A stretch of 64,000 bases of DNA, taken from assembly GCA_965203905.1 (NCBI GenBank), contig CBDBDQ010000005.1, positions 2,240,001 to 2,304,000 on the forward strand, in the 5' to 3' direction. This document shows positions 1 to 9,745 of the stretch, in pieces. Positions within the stretch are counted from its first letter, which is position 1, and every line of letters starts with the position of its first letter. Origin of the DNA: Spirochaetia bacterium (GTDB taxonomy: Bacteria > Spirochaetota > Spirochaetia > SZUA-6 > Bin103). Under the pieces are notes generated by a model. That model worked only from the letters and a program-made list of their open reading frames with translations, did not search any database and had not been told where the DNA came from. A program made the position numbers and the translations under genes.

Positions 1-248
1 GGCACCGGCTTGGCGTAGCCGAACCCCACCAGCACCACCATGGCGAGCCCCATCGGGTCGATGTGACGGATCGGATTGAGGGTCAGCCGGCCGGCAAGCT
101 GCGCGGTAGGGTCGCCGCTGAGCTTGGCCACCAAGGCATGCCCGTACTCGTGCACCGAAAGCGAGACCACGAGCGCCGCCACCAGCAGCACGAACAACAG
201 CACCTCGCCGCGGAACAGAAGCTGGATCACCGCCGCAATGATCGCCAT
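1..248 (-). CDS. Site-2 protease family (M50) membrane zinc metalloprotease, 5' part (runs off window start)
   Basis: Manual minus-strand translation: MAIIAAVIQLLF...SLSVHEYGHALVAKLSGDPTAQLAGRLTLNPIRHIDPMG...GFGYAKPVP. HExxH lies in a hydrophobic segment, followed by the GRLTLNP and GxAKPVP motifs. Not in the ORF track because it is truncated. Confidence 0.9.
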   Translation of the reverse strand, partial: MAIIAAVIQLLFRGEVLLFVLLVAALVVSLSVHEYGHALVAKLSGDPTAQLAGRLTLNPIRHIDPMGLAMVVLVGFGYAKPV

Positions 249-355
249 GGCAAAGAGGCGAGGCAAATCCCGCAACGAGGCGAGGCGTCCGGGGCGTCCG
301 GCGTGCGGCGTCAGTTGCCACCGGTGTCGGTTCCCGCTGTAACGACGGAACAACC

Positions 356-652
356 ATGCGTCTTTCGATCAGCCCGCGAAACCACGAGCACATCAACCGC
401 AAGATTTCGTCCGGATGGTATGGTTCTGCCGATGACGTGCTGCACGCGGCCCTTGCTCTGCTGGACGAACGCGAAGCAGCGCTGGACCACGAGTTGCATG
501 CCCGCAGTTTGGTCCCGCTCATCGCAGCCTCGTCGTACCCGGAACCCGATACGTCATCATCTATCGGCCCGCCATGGTGTGGAAATCCTTCACGTGCGCC
601 ATACGCGCCATTTGACTGGATGCCGGGCGTATGCAACGATGGCTTCAGGTGA
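356..652 (+). pseudogene. Degenerate ParD-type (RHH) antitoxin fused to a ParE toxin C-terminal remnant
   Basis: N-terminus MRLSISPRNHEHINRKISSGWYGSADDVLHAALALLDERE fits the ParD-like SGRYxSASEV pattern. Bases 499-620 read PQFGPAHRSLVVPGTRYVIIYRP and then, after a frameshift, RHGVEILHVRH, like a ParE C-terminus. Confidence 0.65.
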
Positions 653-1218
653 GAACGGATGCGCATGATGCGAGACGGCGATAGCCATTTCGGCCACCGT
701 TTGAAGATAGCGCAACCAGTCTGCCCCCCCGGGCTTTCAAACCGAGAACAACTAACCGCTCCGGCTGATCTCCTCGCGCACCCAGGCGCGCTCGCGCAGC
801 GGCGCGGCACCTGTTCCGGCTCGGCGTATCGCCGCGCCAGCGTGGCGATACGCCGTCCCGGATCCCCGCCCGCTACTCACCCAGCCCGTTGCCGGCCACT
901 CACACTCGCGGTTTCGCGACCACCGCCCCGCGCGGGGGTGCGACGCAGGTCCCGACGTCCACCGAGCGGTCGGTGTCTGCATTGTGGCGCCCACTCCCGA
1001 GACAGGCAGCTTCCGTCAGGCATCTGGCCGAGAAACGGAGGTGCGAAATGATTCTCAAAGAACCGCACGGGCGCGCGGCGGGAACCCGATGAGTCACGCG
1101 CCGTGCGCCCTGAGAAATCTGACTCTGTCTGGACGCCCGCGTTGCGGGCGAGAGAGCAGCCAGGAAGCGGCAATTCGCATCGCAATTCTCTCAAACAATG
1201 CCACCAAGGAGCTTACGT

Positions 1219-3003
1219 ATGAAACTTGTACCAATCCCAAGGACCTTCGCGGTCGCGCTGGTCCTGATCCTGAGCGCAACCGGGCTCTGGGCGAGCCCGG
1301 CCGGCGAAGAGGAGCCGGCAGCCGCCATGGAGAAGGAGATGGTGATGGACCCGTCCACCGGCGAGATGGTGACGGCACCACGGTATGGCGGGACATTGAC
1401 CTTCGCCCAGACAGGGCCATCGGCGAGTGCTGACATCGTGGTCCCAGGCGGATGGGCAGAAGCCCTGGTCGACCCTGTCCTCGAGAAGCTCAGTATCGCA
1501 GACTGGGCAACTCCCAGGGACGAATTCGACTTCGTGTTTCTGTTCCCACCAGACCACACGAACGGGGCGCTGGCGGAAAGCTGGTCGCAGCCTGACCCAC
1601 TGACGTATGTCGTCAACGTCCGACAGGGCGTTCGGTGGCACCACAAGGCGCCCATGAACGGGCGCGCGTTCACGGCCCAGGACGTCGAGTACAATTATCA
1701 CCGTCTGTTGGGACTCGGCAGCGGATTCAGCGAGCGAACGGCTACGCCCTGGGAGCTGCTCGCAAGCGCAAACATCGAATCGGTAACGGCAACCGATGAA
1801 TCCACGGTAGTTGTCAAGCTGGAACGACCAACCCTCACTAGTTTGGCGGCTATCTTGAACAGTTTCAGCGGCTGGATGTATCCCCCGGAGGTTATCAGGG
1901 AACACGGCGATGCTGACGATTGGGAGAATCTGGTCGGAACCGGACCTTACCTGCTGACTGACGTCGTCGAAAGCAGCTCTGTCACCTGGGACAGGAATCC
2001 TGACTACTGGGGCACCGACGAAAAATACCCGCAGAACCGATTGCCTTATATCGACCAGTTAAGGGTTCTGATCATGACGGAACCGGCAACACGGTTGGCG
2101 GGACTGCGCACGGGTCGGCTGGATTACCTGGGTCGGGCAGGCGCAGCTCAGTTGAGGACGGTAGAACAGATAGAGGGCCTCCAACGGACCAATCCCGAAC
2201 TGGTGATATGGCCCTATATCGGACGGTCTGACAATGGTGTCGGCATGAACATCCAAGTGGAGCCGTTCGACGACATCCGCGTGCGCAAGGCGATGCAGAT
2301 GGCCATCAACCTCGACGAGATCAACAGTGCCTACTATAAGGGGTTTGCCGATATCATACCTCAGGGACAGCTAAGCCGGACCATTTCGCAGGCGGTCACC
2401 CAGTTTGAAGATTGGCCCGAACAGGTCAAGGAAGCCTTTGCGTACGACCCGGACGGCGCAAAGGCGCTTCTGGCAGAGGCGGGGTATGCTGATGGCTTTG
2501 AGACGTCGATGGTGCATCTCGAGCGCTATGATGTGAACTATATACAATTGCTCGCTTCCTACTGGAAAGAGATTGGTGTCGAGGTGGAGATCGATGTCCA
2601 GTCGCCCGCTTCTCACGCCGCCAAAAGAGCTGCGCGAGAGTTTGTCATGACCAATGCGGAAGCGGCTGGAAAAGCGTTTGTACTCTCGGGGTTTACGACT
2701 CGCTATGGAAGCGGGGTTGGACACAACTCTTCTAATGTTGAAGATCCGTGGTATGACGCCAAGATCAAGGAGGCCTCAGAGGCTTCCACCATGGCGGAAC
2801 TCAACAGCTTGGTTAAAGAGCTTGATCAGTATGCGATAGAGCAGTTCTGGACGATATTCGGTCCCGTGGCCCCGCAGTTTATGGCAGTTCAGCCGTGGGT
2901 CATAGGTTTCAACGGCGAGCCGAGCTTGGGAGACGGTCGATATAACAGCATCTTTGCGCGCCTCTGGATTGACCAGGATCTGAAACGAGAAATGGGTTTC
3001 TAG
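1219..3003 (+). CDS. ABC transporter substrate-binding protein, family 5 (peptide/nickel)
   Basis: AAGGAG RBS at 1206-1211; signal peptide; motifs GALAESW, GVRWH, FTAQDV, VGTGPY, DIRVRKAM. Confidence 0.95.
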   Translation: MKLVPIPRTFAVALVLILSATGLWASPAGEEEPAAAMEKEMVMDPSTGEMVTAPRYGGTLTFAQTGPSASADIVVPGGWAEALVDPVLEKLSIADWATPRDEFDFVFLFPPDHTNGALAESWSQPDPLTYVVNVRQGVRWHHKAPMNGRAFTAQDVEYNYHRLLGLGSGFSERTATPWELLASANIESVTATDESTVVVKLERPTLTSLAAILNSFSGWMYPPEVIREHGDADDWENLVGTGPYLLTDVVESSSVTWDRNPDYWGTDEKYPQNRLPYIDQLRVLIMTEPATRLAGLRTGRLDYLGRAGAAQLRTVEQIEGLQRTNPELVIWPYIGRSDNGVGMNIQVEPFDDIRVRKAMQMAINLDEINSAYYKGFADIIPQGQLSRTISQAVTQFEDWPEQVKEAFAYDPDGAKALLAEAGYADGFETSMVHLERYDVNYIQLLASYWKEIGVEVEIDVQSPASHAAKRAAREFVMTNAEAAGKAFVLSGFTTRYGSGVGHNSSNVEDPWYDAKIKEASEASTMAELNSLVKELDQYAIEQFWTIFGPVAPQFMAVQPWVIGFNGEPSLGDGRYNSIFARLWIDQDLKREMGF

Positions 3004-3078
3004 GGGGTACCCCCCTACCGAGCTCAGTCAAGTTGAGCCGGGAGGTGCGGTTCGCTTGCGAGCGCATTTCCCGGCTCC
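3002..3078 (+). other. Intercistronic GC-rich hairpins between SBP and permease (mRNA stabiliser or attenuator)
   Basis: AGGGGG-TAC-CCCCCT and GAGCCGGGAGGTGCG...CGCATTTCCCGGCTC stems. An analogous GGGCGCCGGGAG...TTCCCGGCGCCC stem sits at the same position in the paralogous operon (~47559-47590). Confidence 0.5.
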
Positions 3079-3103
3079 CTTACTTATTGCACAAGGTGTC
3101 TGC

Positions 3104-4066
3104 GTGAGAGCCTATATCATAAGGCGGTTGTTGCTGATTTTGCCTACGCTGTTCATCTTGAGCATTCTCGTTTTTCTCTCGGTCCGTTTCATCCCGGGCG
3201 ACGTCATCGACGCACTGCAAGCGAGGGTCGGAAACACAGTGGCCGGTGGGTCTGTCGACCGAGCAGCACTTGAGCGCCAACTGGGACTGGACGTGCCCGT
3301 CTACGTGCAGTATGGACGCTGGTTGAGGGGCATTCTCCTGCACGGCAGCCTTGGCGAATCACTGATGGGCCGCGGGGAGGTGCAGGAGCACATCATAAGA
3401 AGACTACCGGTAACCATCGAGCTTGGCCTTCTGGCTATCACAATCGGCATGGTGATCGCCCTGCCGGTTGGTATCTACTCGGCGATTCGCCAGGATACCG
3501 CCGCCGACTTCCTGGGACGATCTTGCGCCATCATCGGGCTGGCCATGCCGAACTTCTGGCTGGGCATCATGGTCATGATCTACCCGGCCGTCTGGTGGAG
3601 GTGGGCGCCACCGCTGGAGTTGGTTCCTTTCGCAAGAAACCCGTTGGGGAATCTGGCGGTATTCATCATTCCCAGCCTGATCCTGGGAACGGCCACGGCG
3701 GCGGCCACCATGCGGATGACGCGCACCACGATGCTGGAGGTGCTCCGGCAGGACTATATCCGCACCGCCTGGTCCAAGGGACTGAAGGAGCGGGTCGTGG
3801 TGATCCGGCACGCCGTCAAGAATGCTCTTATCCCGGTGGTGACCCTGATCGGCCTGCAGTTGCCGATTCTGGTGGGGGGCGCCGTGATCATGGAGAACAT
3901 CTTCAACCTGCCGGGGCTCGGTCGTCTCATGCTGATCGCCCTCGAGGAGAGGGATTACCCGATGGTCTCCGGCATCAACCTGTTCTTCGCCACCGGGGTG
4001 GTGGTGATCAATCTGTTCGTCGACCTGGTCTACGCCGTCCTGGACCCCAGGGTCAGCTATGACTGA
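3104..4066 (+). CDS. ABC transporter permease (DppB/OppB-like)
   Basis: GTG start VRAYIIRRLL; PGDVID; EAA loop QDYIRTAWSKGL; RHAVKNALIP; DPRV end. Confidence 0.95.
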   Translation: MRAYIIRRLLLILPTLFILSILVFLSVRFIPGDVIDALQARVGNTVAGGSVDRAALERQLGLDVPVYVQYGRWLRGILLHGSLGESLMGRGEVQEHIIRRLPVTIELGLLAITIGMVIALPVGIYSAIRQDTAADFLGRSCAIIGLAMPNFWLGIMVMIYPAVWWRWAPPLELVPFARNPLGNLAVFIIPSLILGTATAAATMRMTRTTMLEVLRQDYIRTAWSKGLKERVVVIRHAVKNALIPVVTLIGLQLPILVGGAVIMENIFNLPGLGRLMLIALEERDYPMVSGINLFFATGVVVINLFVDLVYAVLDPRVSYD

Positions 4067-4960
4067 GCCAAAGAGACCTGTCGGGCTGGCCGATTTCCTT
4101 GTCAGGCTGCTCAAGGAGAAGCCAATGAGCATTATCGCCGGGGTCGTCATCCTGCTGTTGCTCCTGGTAGCGATCTTGGCCGACGTGCTGGCGCCTTACC
4201 CGCATGATGAAGTCAACATCGTCGATCGGATGCAGGCCCCGTCCAACCGGTACTTGTTGGGGACCGACCAACTGGGGCGCGACCTGCTGAGCCGCCTTCT
4301 TTTGGCGCCCGGATTTCGCTGACCGTCGGTCTGGCGGCGACCACCGTCAACGTCGTGGTGGCGGTGCTGATCGGCGGCATCTCGGGGTTCTTCGGCGGTC
4401 GACTCGACCTGGCGATGCAGCGCTTCGTCGACGCCTGGATGGCGTTCCCGGGGCTGCTGCTGTTGCTCACCATCATGTCGCTGGTGGGGCGGGGGCTGCC
4501 GCAGATCATCGTGGTGCTGGGGGTGACGGGCGGCATCGGCGGTTCGCGAGTGGTCCGAGGCGCGGTGATCGGGGTCAAGGAGAATGCCTACTTTCAGGCG
4601 GCCGAGGCGATCGGCGGCACCCGGTGGAGAACCCTCATCCATCACGTCCTGCCCAACATCGCCGCTCCGGTGATCGTCATTTTCACGATCAACGTCGGGG
4701 GCGTGATCATCAGCGAGGCTGCGCTGAGCTTTCTGGGGTTCGGACTGCCGATCTCGGTGCCGAGCTGGGGCGGGATGCTGAGCCGGGAAGGGCGCGAGTT
4801 CATGGAGGTGGCGCCGCGGCTGGCGCTGTGGCCGGGGCTGTGCCTGACCGTTGTCGTGTACTGCCTGAACATGTTCGGCGACGCGGTGCGGGACCTGCTC
4901 GACCCGCGGCTGCGCGGCGGTGGCGGCCGTCTCGGCGCCGATCGCGGTGCGTCCGCGTAG
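4059..4960 (+). CDS. ABC transporter permease (DppC/OppC-like), split by a single-base deletion near 4300
   Basis: ORFs 4059-4322 (LGTDQLGRDLLSRL) and 4355-4960 (HVLPN, FGDAVRDLLDPR) join into RLLFGARIS if one T is restored in the T run at ~4299-4303. The paralog at 48552 is intact. Confidence 0.85.
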
Positions 4961-4986
4961 AAGAGCTCAGCTTGATCGTGGTGTGA

Positions 4987-5027
4987 TTGCATGCATGTGC
5001 ATGCATGTCGTAATGTAGTTTGCATGC
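4987..5027 (+). promoter_or_regulatory. vapBC promoter/operator
   Basis: TTGCAT(4987-4992)-18 bp-TAATGT(5011-5016); tandem TGCATGCATG at 4988-4997 and 4998-5007; third TGCATGC overlaps the ATG at 5024. Confidence 0.6.
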
Positions 5028-5260
5028 GTACCACCATCGAACTACCGGACGACCTTCGCCAGCGAGTCGTGTCGGAGGCAGCCGCGCGTAATCTCAGAGG
5101 CTACTCACCGATCATCGTGGACGCGTTGCGCGCCTACTTCGACGGCCGAGCGGATGATCGGCACAACGTGGTAGCCCGCGTTCGCGGCTCACTCGGTGCG
5201 CAAGCGGCACAGGTGGAACACCGCCGCCTGGCCGAGGTAAGGGCCAACTGGCGCACATGA
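5024..5260 (+). CDS. vapB: VapB-type RHH antitoxin
   Basis: MRTTIELPDDL RHH start; stop overlaps the PIN gene start (ATGA). Confidence 0.85.
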   Translation: MRTTIELPDDLRQRVVSEAAARNLRGYSPIIVDALRAYFDGRADDRHNVVARVRGSLGAQAAQVEHRRLAEVRANWRT

Positions 5261-5631
5261 TCGTCCTCGATACCAGCGTAATCATCGATCTGTTCATCGA
5301 CGGCGACGCTGCTGATGCAACCGATGCGATTGTCAAACGCGGCGAAGGTGCGTTGTCCGCCATCACGGTGTTCGAACTGCTCTCCGGCGTGCACGACCCC
5401 GCCCATCTGCGTGAACGGCGCGAGCTGATCGACACCTGCCGCGTGCTGGAGGTGTCCCGTGAGGTCTCGTTCCGTGCGGCGGAGCTCTATACCGACCTGC
5501 GTGATGCCGGGCAACTGATTCCAAACGAGGATCTGCTGATCGCCGCCACGGCACTCGTGCGCCGGTGTGCGCTCCACACCCTCAATCGCAGGCACTATCA
5601 GAGAATCTCATCACTACGGCTCCATGAATGA
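5257..5631 (+). CDS. vapC: VapC PIN-domain ribonuclease toxin
   Basis: MIVLDTSVIID, SAITVFEL, DLLIAATA, TLNRRHY PIN motifs. Confidence 0.92.
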   Translation: MIVLDTSVIIDLFIDGDAADATDAIVKRGEGALSAITVFELLSGVHDPAHLRERRELIDTCRVLEVSREVSFRAAELYTDLRDAGQLIPNEDLLIAATALVRRCALHTLNRRHYQRISSLRLHE

Positions 5632-5787
5632 AGCAAGCGTGTTCGCATCCCACCGGTTGGTTGACCGGGGCAGGATGCACCGCTGAGGTACCCGGTTGTT
5701 GGGCCTGAAGAGCGCTGAAGGGAGATCTGAAGGAGAGCGCCGCTTGGGGTTGAGCAATACCGGGGCGGCGTGCCACGGTCATGCGCC

Positions 5788-6705
5788 ATGAAGGCACGAA
5801 CCATCGAGTACCAGCCGGGTGGCGGCGTGCGCCTGGTGGAAGTGGCGGTAGCCGATCCCGGACCGGGGGAGGTCCAGGTGCGCGCCGCCGCCTGCGGCAT
5901 CTGCGCGTGGGACCTGTTCACCTACCGCCACGGCAGCGACGCCCCCAGCGCGGCGCCGCCAGGCCATGAAGGCGTGGGCCGGGTGCTCAAGGTGGGAGCC
6001 GGCGTCAGCGGTCTGGCGGAAGGCGACGCGGTGGTGGCGCGGGGCTTCGCCACCGTGCACAACGTCCCCGCCGAGCGCGCGCTCCCCATCCCGGACACCG
6101 ACATTCCGCTACAGCGCTGGATCGTCGAGCCGGTGAGCTGCGTGGTCACGGGCCTCGACCACACCCGTGCCCGGGCCGGCGACCGGGTGGCGGTGATCGG
6201 CTGCGGATTCATGGGACTGATGCTGCTGCAAGGGCTGGTGCGCTCCTGCGTCAGCCACCTGGCGGCCATCGACGTGAACCGTGACCGGCTGGCCATGGCG
6301 TGCGGCTTTGGCGTCGACGCCGCCTACCATCCCGACGACACGGCGCTGCGCGAGGAGCAGCCGTTCGACTGCGTGGTCGATGCGTCGGGAGCGCAGGCGG
6401 GCCTCGATCTGGCCACGGCTCTGCTGGCCCGCGGAGGCGTGCTCAACCTGTTCGGCTGGAACCACGGGCGCCCCACGTTCGCCGGCGACCGCTGGCACCT
6501 GGGCGGCTTCACGGTGGTCAACTCCGCCCCCGGCTCCAGGCTCCGCGACACCTTCCCCCCGGCCATCCGCCTTCTCGCGAAGCGGATCATCGACCTGGAG
6601 CCGCTCATCACCCACACCGTCCCGCTCGACGGCTATCCCGACCTGCTGGCCCAGGTGGCTGCCGGCGACCCCGGCTACATCAAGGGTGTCGTCACCCTCG
6701 ACTGA
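5788..6705 (+). CDS. Zinc-binding alcohol dehydrogenase (MDR superfamily)
   Basis: CGICAWD, PGHEGVG, VIGCGFMG Rossmann motif. Confidence 0.9.
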   Translation: MKARTIEYQPGGGVRLVEVAVADPGPGEVQVRAAACGICAWDLFTYRHGSDAPSAAPPGHEGVGRVLKVGAGVSGLAEGDAVVARGFATVHNVPAERALPIPDTDIPLQRWIVEPVSCVVTGLDHTRARAGDRVAVIGCGFMGLMLLQGLVRSCVSHLAAIDVNRDRLAMACGFGVDAAYHPDDTALREEQPFDCVVDASGAQAGLDLATALLARGGVLNLFGWNHGRPTFAGDRWHLGGFTVVNSAPGSRLRDTFPPAIRLLAKRIIDLEPLITHTVPLDGYPDLLAQVAAGDPGYIKGVVTLD

Positions 6706-6706
6706 G

Positions 6707-7456
6707 ATGGAACGGGTTCTCGTTACCGGGCTGAGCGGTCTCATCGGCGGTCTGCTGCGGCCCGCCCTCGCCGCCCGCTACCGGCTGCGCGCGCTGAACC
6801 GGTCGCCGGTGCCCGGCGTGGAGACCGTGCAGGCCGACATCAACGACGGTGCGGCCATCGCGCCGGCGTTCGCCGATGTCGCGGTCGTAGTGCATCTGGC
6901 CGCGGCGCTGGGCGCCGACGTGAAACAGCTCCTTACCACCAACGTCAACGGCACCTACCAGGTGTTCGAGGCAGCCCGCGCCGCCGGCGTGCGGCGCGTC
7001 GTCTACGCCAGCTCCGGCGCCACGGTGGGCGGCTATGAGGCGGACGAGCCGTTTCGCGCCATGGTGGAGGGGCGCTGGGGGGACGTTCCCGAGCCGCCGC
7101 CGGTGGTGACCCACGCCGACCCGGTGCGGCCCAGCGGCGTCTACGGCGTCACCAAGGTGTTCGGGGAGGCGCTGGCGCGCCATTATGCCGACGCCTACGG
7201 CATCTCCATGCTGTGCCTGCGCATCGGTGCCGTACTTCCGGCCGACCGGCCGCAGGACTCGCGCCACGCCGCCGTGTTCCTGAGCCAGCGCGATGCGGTG
7301 CAGGCTATCGTACGCTGCCTCGAGGCACCTCCCGAGGTGCGCTTCGCCGTGATGTTCGCCGTCTCCGACAACCGCGGTCGTTACCGCGACGTGGAGTACA
7401 CCCGGCGCACCATCGGCTTCGAGCCGCAGGACGCCAGCCCCGACTCGGCGCCGTAA
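6707..7456 (+). CDS. NAD-dependent epimerase/dehydratase (uronate dehydrogenase-like extended SDR)
   Basis: VTGLSGLIG, HLAA, YASS, YGVTK (YxxxK), CLRIG. Confidence 0.9.
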   Translation: MERVLVTGLSGLIGGLLRPALAARYRLRALNRSPVPGVETVQADINDGAAIAPAFADVAVVVHLAAALGADVKQLLTTNVNGTYQVFEAARAAGVRRVVYASSGATVGGYEADEPFRAMVEGRWGDVPEPPPVVTHADPVRPSGVYGVTKVFGEALARHYADAYGISMLCLRIGAVLPADRPQDSRHAAVFLSQRDAVQAIVRCLEAPPEVRFAVMFAVSDNRGRYRDVEYTRRTIGFEPQDASPDSAP

Positions 7457-7529
7457 CCGTTGCGCAGGTGCCGAGCAAGGAAGACCTGCGGGAGGCCGCC
7501 GGTGTCATCGCCGATCGGGATCGGCTTCA

Positions 7530-9713
7530 TCAGGCCCCCGATTCGGTGGCTGTGCGCGCGCCGATGAGGTATCGATAGAGCCTGAGTGTGAGCTGTTCTT
7601 CCTGTTGCTCCAGCCGGCGGCGCGCACCCGGCGTCAACAGCATCGTGCGGCACGGTTCGTCGGCGATCACCGAGGCCGCCTTCTCGTGCAGCGCCCCCGG
7701 CGGCCAGATCGCATCGCCGGGAGCATACTGGTTCAGGCGCGCTTCCGCGGCATCGTAGCCGGAAGCCCGGCCCGTAACCAGCAGTTGCAGACCGTCGGGC
7801 GGCGCTCCTGGTCCTTTGAGGGCGGCACCGGCGGCGTACTGGCGCGGACTCGTCCACGACTGCAGTTTCTCCATCAGGCTTTCGAATTCGATCTGTCGCT
7901 CCAGGTAGCGTTCGAGGTCGCCGGCGGCGTACTCCAGCAGGGCGGCGCGGCGCTCGTCCGCCTGGTCCGCGTTCGCCTTCCACGCCGCGAGCAGGATCTC
8001 CTCGCTGCGTTCGAGGGCCCGGTCCACGTTCGGCTCCAGCAGCAGATCGTCGTACGCGGAGGGAGCCAGGTTGTGCTGCAGCCCGGTCCGCAGTTCGCCG
8101 GACGCCGCGCTCAGCACCACGCGCACTCCGGCCGCGCCCGCCGTCTGCAGGAACCGGCACAGCACGTTCACCGCCGAGAAGTCGAAGCCGGACACGGCGG
8201 CGAAGTCCAGCAGCAGGCAGTCGGGCCGCGACTCGCCCCGCAACTCCTGCCGCAGGTGCTCGGCCAGCGGGCAGACGCTGCCGAAGAACAGGTACCCGCG
8301 CAGCCGGTAGCCGTGCACCCGCTCCCCATTCTCCAGCAGGATGGCGCGGTCGGGCACCGGTCGGGCCTTGTTGCTGTGCCGCTCACGCGCGGTGAAGCGC
8401 GCCTCGACCGGGTCCACGCGGCCAAGCCGCACGGCGAAGAACACCAGGGTCGCGAGCATCCCGGCGCCCACGCCCTCCAGCAGTCCCAACCAGGTGATGG
8501 TCACGAAGATCAACACGATGATGCCGTACTCCGACCAGGGGAGCCGCCGGCGGCTCTTGACCAGCCCCTCGTCCAGCATGCCGAGTCCGGCAAAGACCAG
8601 CATTCCCCCTACCAGGGACGCCGGGACCAGCTCCAGCATGCCGTCGCCCAGGAACAGCGCGCCGCCGATCACCAGGGCGGCGACCACCCCGGTAAGGCGC
8701 GTGTCGGCTCCGAACAGCTTGCTGCGCAGAGACGCCGGCACCACGATGGTAGCCACCGTACCGCCGCCGACGCCGGCAAGCATGCTGGCGACACCGGTCA
8801 CCCGGAACTCCCGATCCCAGTCCAGCTCCTGATTCGCGGCCAGCTCCAGGCCGGCTACGTTCAGAACGACGCAGATGAAGGCGACCAGAATCAACGTGAT
8901 CATGTGGGGGCCCTGCCCGGCCAGTGCCCGCCACGCGACGTGCACCAGGTCGGCGGGCAAGAGCGCCGGCCACAGGCCGCCGTCGGCGGTGCTGCTGAGC
9001 AGCAGGCCCGCCGCCCGTGCGGCTTCGCCCGAAATGCCGAGCAGGGAGAGTGCGAGGTGGTAGGCGCCGACGGCGAGCGCGACGCTCAGCGGCAGGATCA
9101 GGGGGTGGCGCCAGCGCTTCATCGCCAGGTACAGGGCGATCCCGAATCCCGCGCCGGGGCTCCACTTCCACAGCATCGAGGGCTCCACCAGCGCGGGAAG
9201 CGCGCGCCAGTCCGGGTCCGCCCCCATCAGCGACAGGGCCGCCAGGCACACGGCGCCGCCGATTCCGGCCACGAACCCGCCGGCCACCGGGTAGGGGATG
9301 AAGCGCACCACGTTGGCGCGCCGGAAGCGTCCGATCAGCAGACAGCACACGCCCGTGGCCACGGCGCTCAGCATCAGCGCCACCACCGTGGTGACGAACA
9401 GCGGGTGGCCCTCCGCGTCCATCGAGAAGCCGATGGTGGCCATCACGATCACCAGCGCCGGCGACAGTCCCGCGATCGCGCCCCGGTAGCCGCCCCCGAG
9501 GGCGACTACCAGGCACGCCGCGAAGTTGCCGAACAGCACCAGCCCCACGCCCTGGGAGGAGTAGGAGGCCAGCGGCCCCGAGAAGATGAAGCTGCCGAAG
9601 GCGACCTGAGCGACGAGCAGTCCGAGCCCCGAAGTGAAGCCGGCCGCCAGCGCCGGGACGGCCTTCCCCGAACGCAGGTCGGCGTGCAGCCCGGACGCAA
9701 ACTCTCGGAGCAC
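7530..9713 (-). CDS. SulP family anion transporter with STAS and cNMP-binding-like C-terminal domains
   Basis: RFIPYPVAGGFVAGIG; many TM segments; RLRGYLFFGS and LLDFAAVSGFDFSA (STAS). Confidence 0.9.
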   Translation of the reverse strand: MLREFASGLHADLRSGKAVPALAAGFTSGLGLLVAQVAFGSFIFSGPLASYSSQGVGLVLFGNFAACLVVALGGGYRGAIAGLSPALVIVMATIGFSMDAEGHPLFVTTVVALMLSAVATGVCCLLIGRFRRANVVRFIPYPVAGGFVAGIGGAVCLAALSLMGADPDWRALPALVEPSMLWKWSPGAGFGIALYLAMKRWRHPLILPLSVALAVGAYHLALSLLGISGEAARAAGLLLSSTADGGLWPALLPADLVHVAWRALAGQGPHMITLILVAFICVVLNVAGLELAANQELDWDREFRVTGVASMLAGVGGGTVATIVVPASLRSKLFGADTRLTGVVAALVIGGALFLGDGMLELVPASLVGGMLVFAGLGMLDEGLVKSRRRLPWSEYGIIVLIFVTITWLGLLEGVGAGMLATLVFFAVRLGRVDPVEARFTARERHSNKARPVPDRAILLENGERVHGYRLRGYLFFGSVCPLAEHLRQELRGESRPDCLLLDFAAVSGFDFSAVNVLCRFLQTAGAAGVRVVLSAASGELRTGLQHNLAPSAYDDLLLEPNVDRALERSEEILLAAWKANADQADERRAALLEYAAGDLERYLERQIEFESLMEKLQSWTSPRQYAAGAALKGPGAPPDGLQLLVTGRASGYDAAEARLNQYAPGDAIWPPGALHEKAASVIADEPCRTMLLTPGARRRLEQQEEQLTLRLYRYLIGARTATESGA

Positions 9714-9745
9714 CGGTGTCTCCTGGCGGTCGCGGCGCGCCGCGC

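Noticed and set aside
63-668. 201-aa plus-strand ORF
   Set aside because: Its 5' part is antisense to the M50 protease; only the short ParE-like stretch near its end is meaningful.
4059-4960. Programmed ribosomal frameshift in the permease (and in the LLM gene at 39662)
   Set aside because: No canonical slippery heptamer or stimulatory structure; the permease paralog is intact; a simple indel is more parsimonious.
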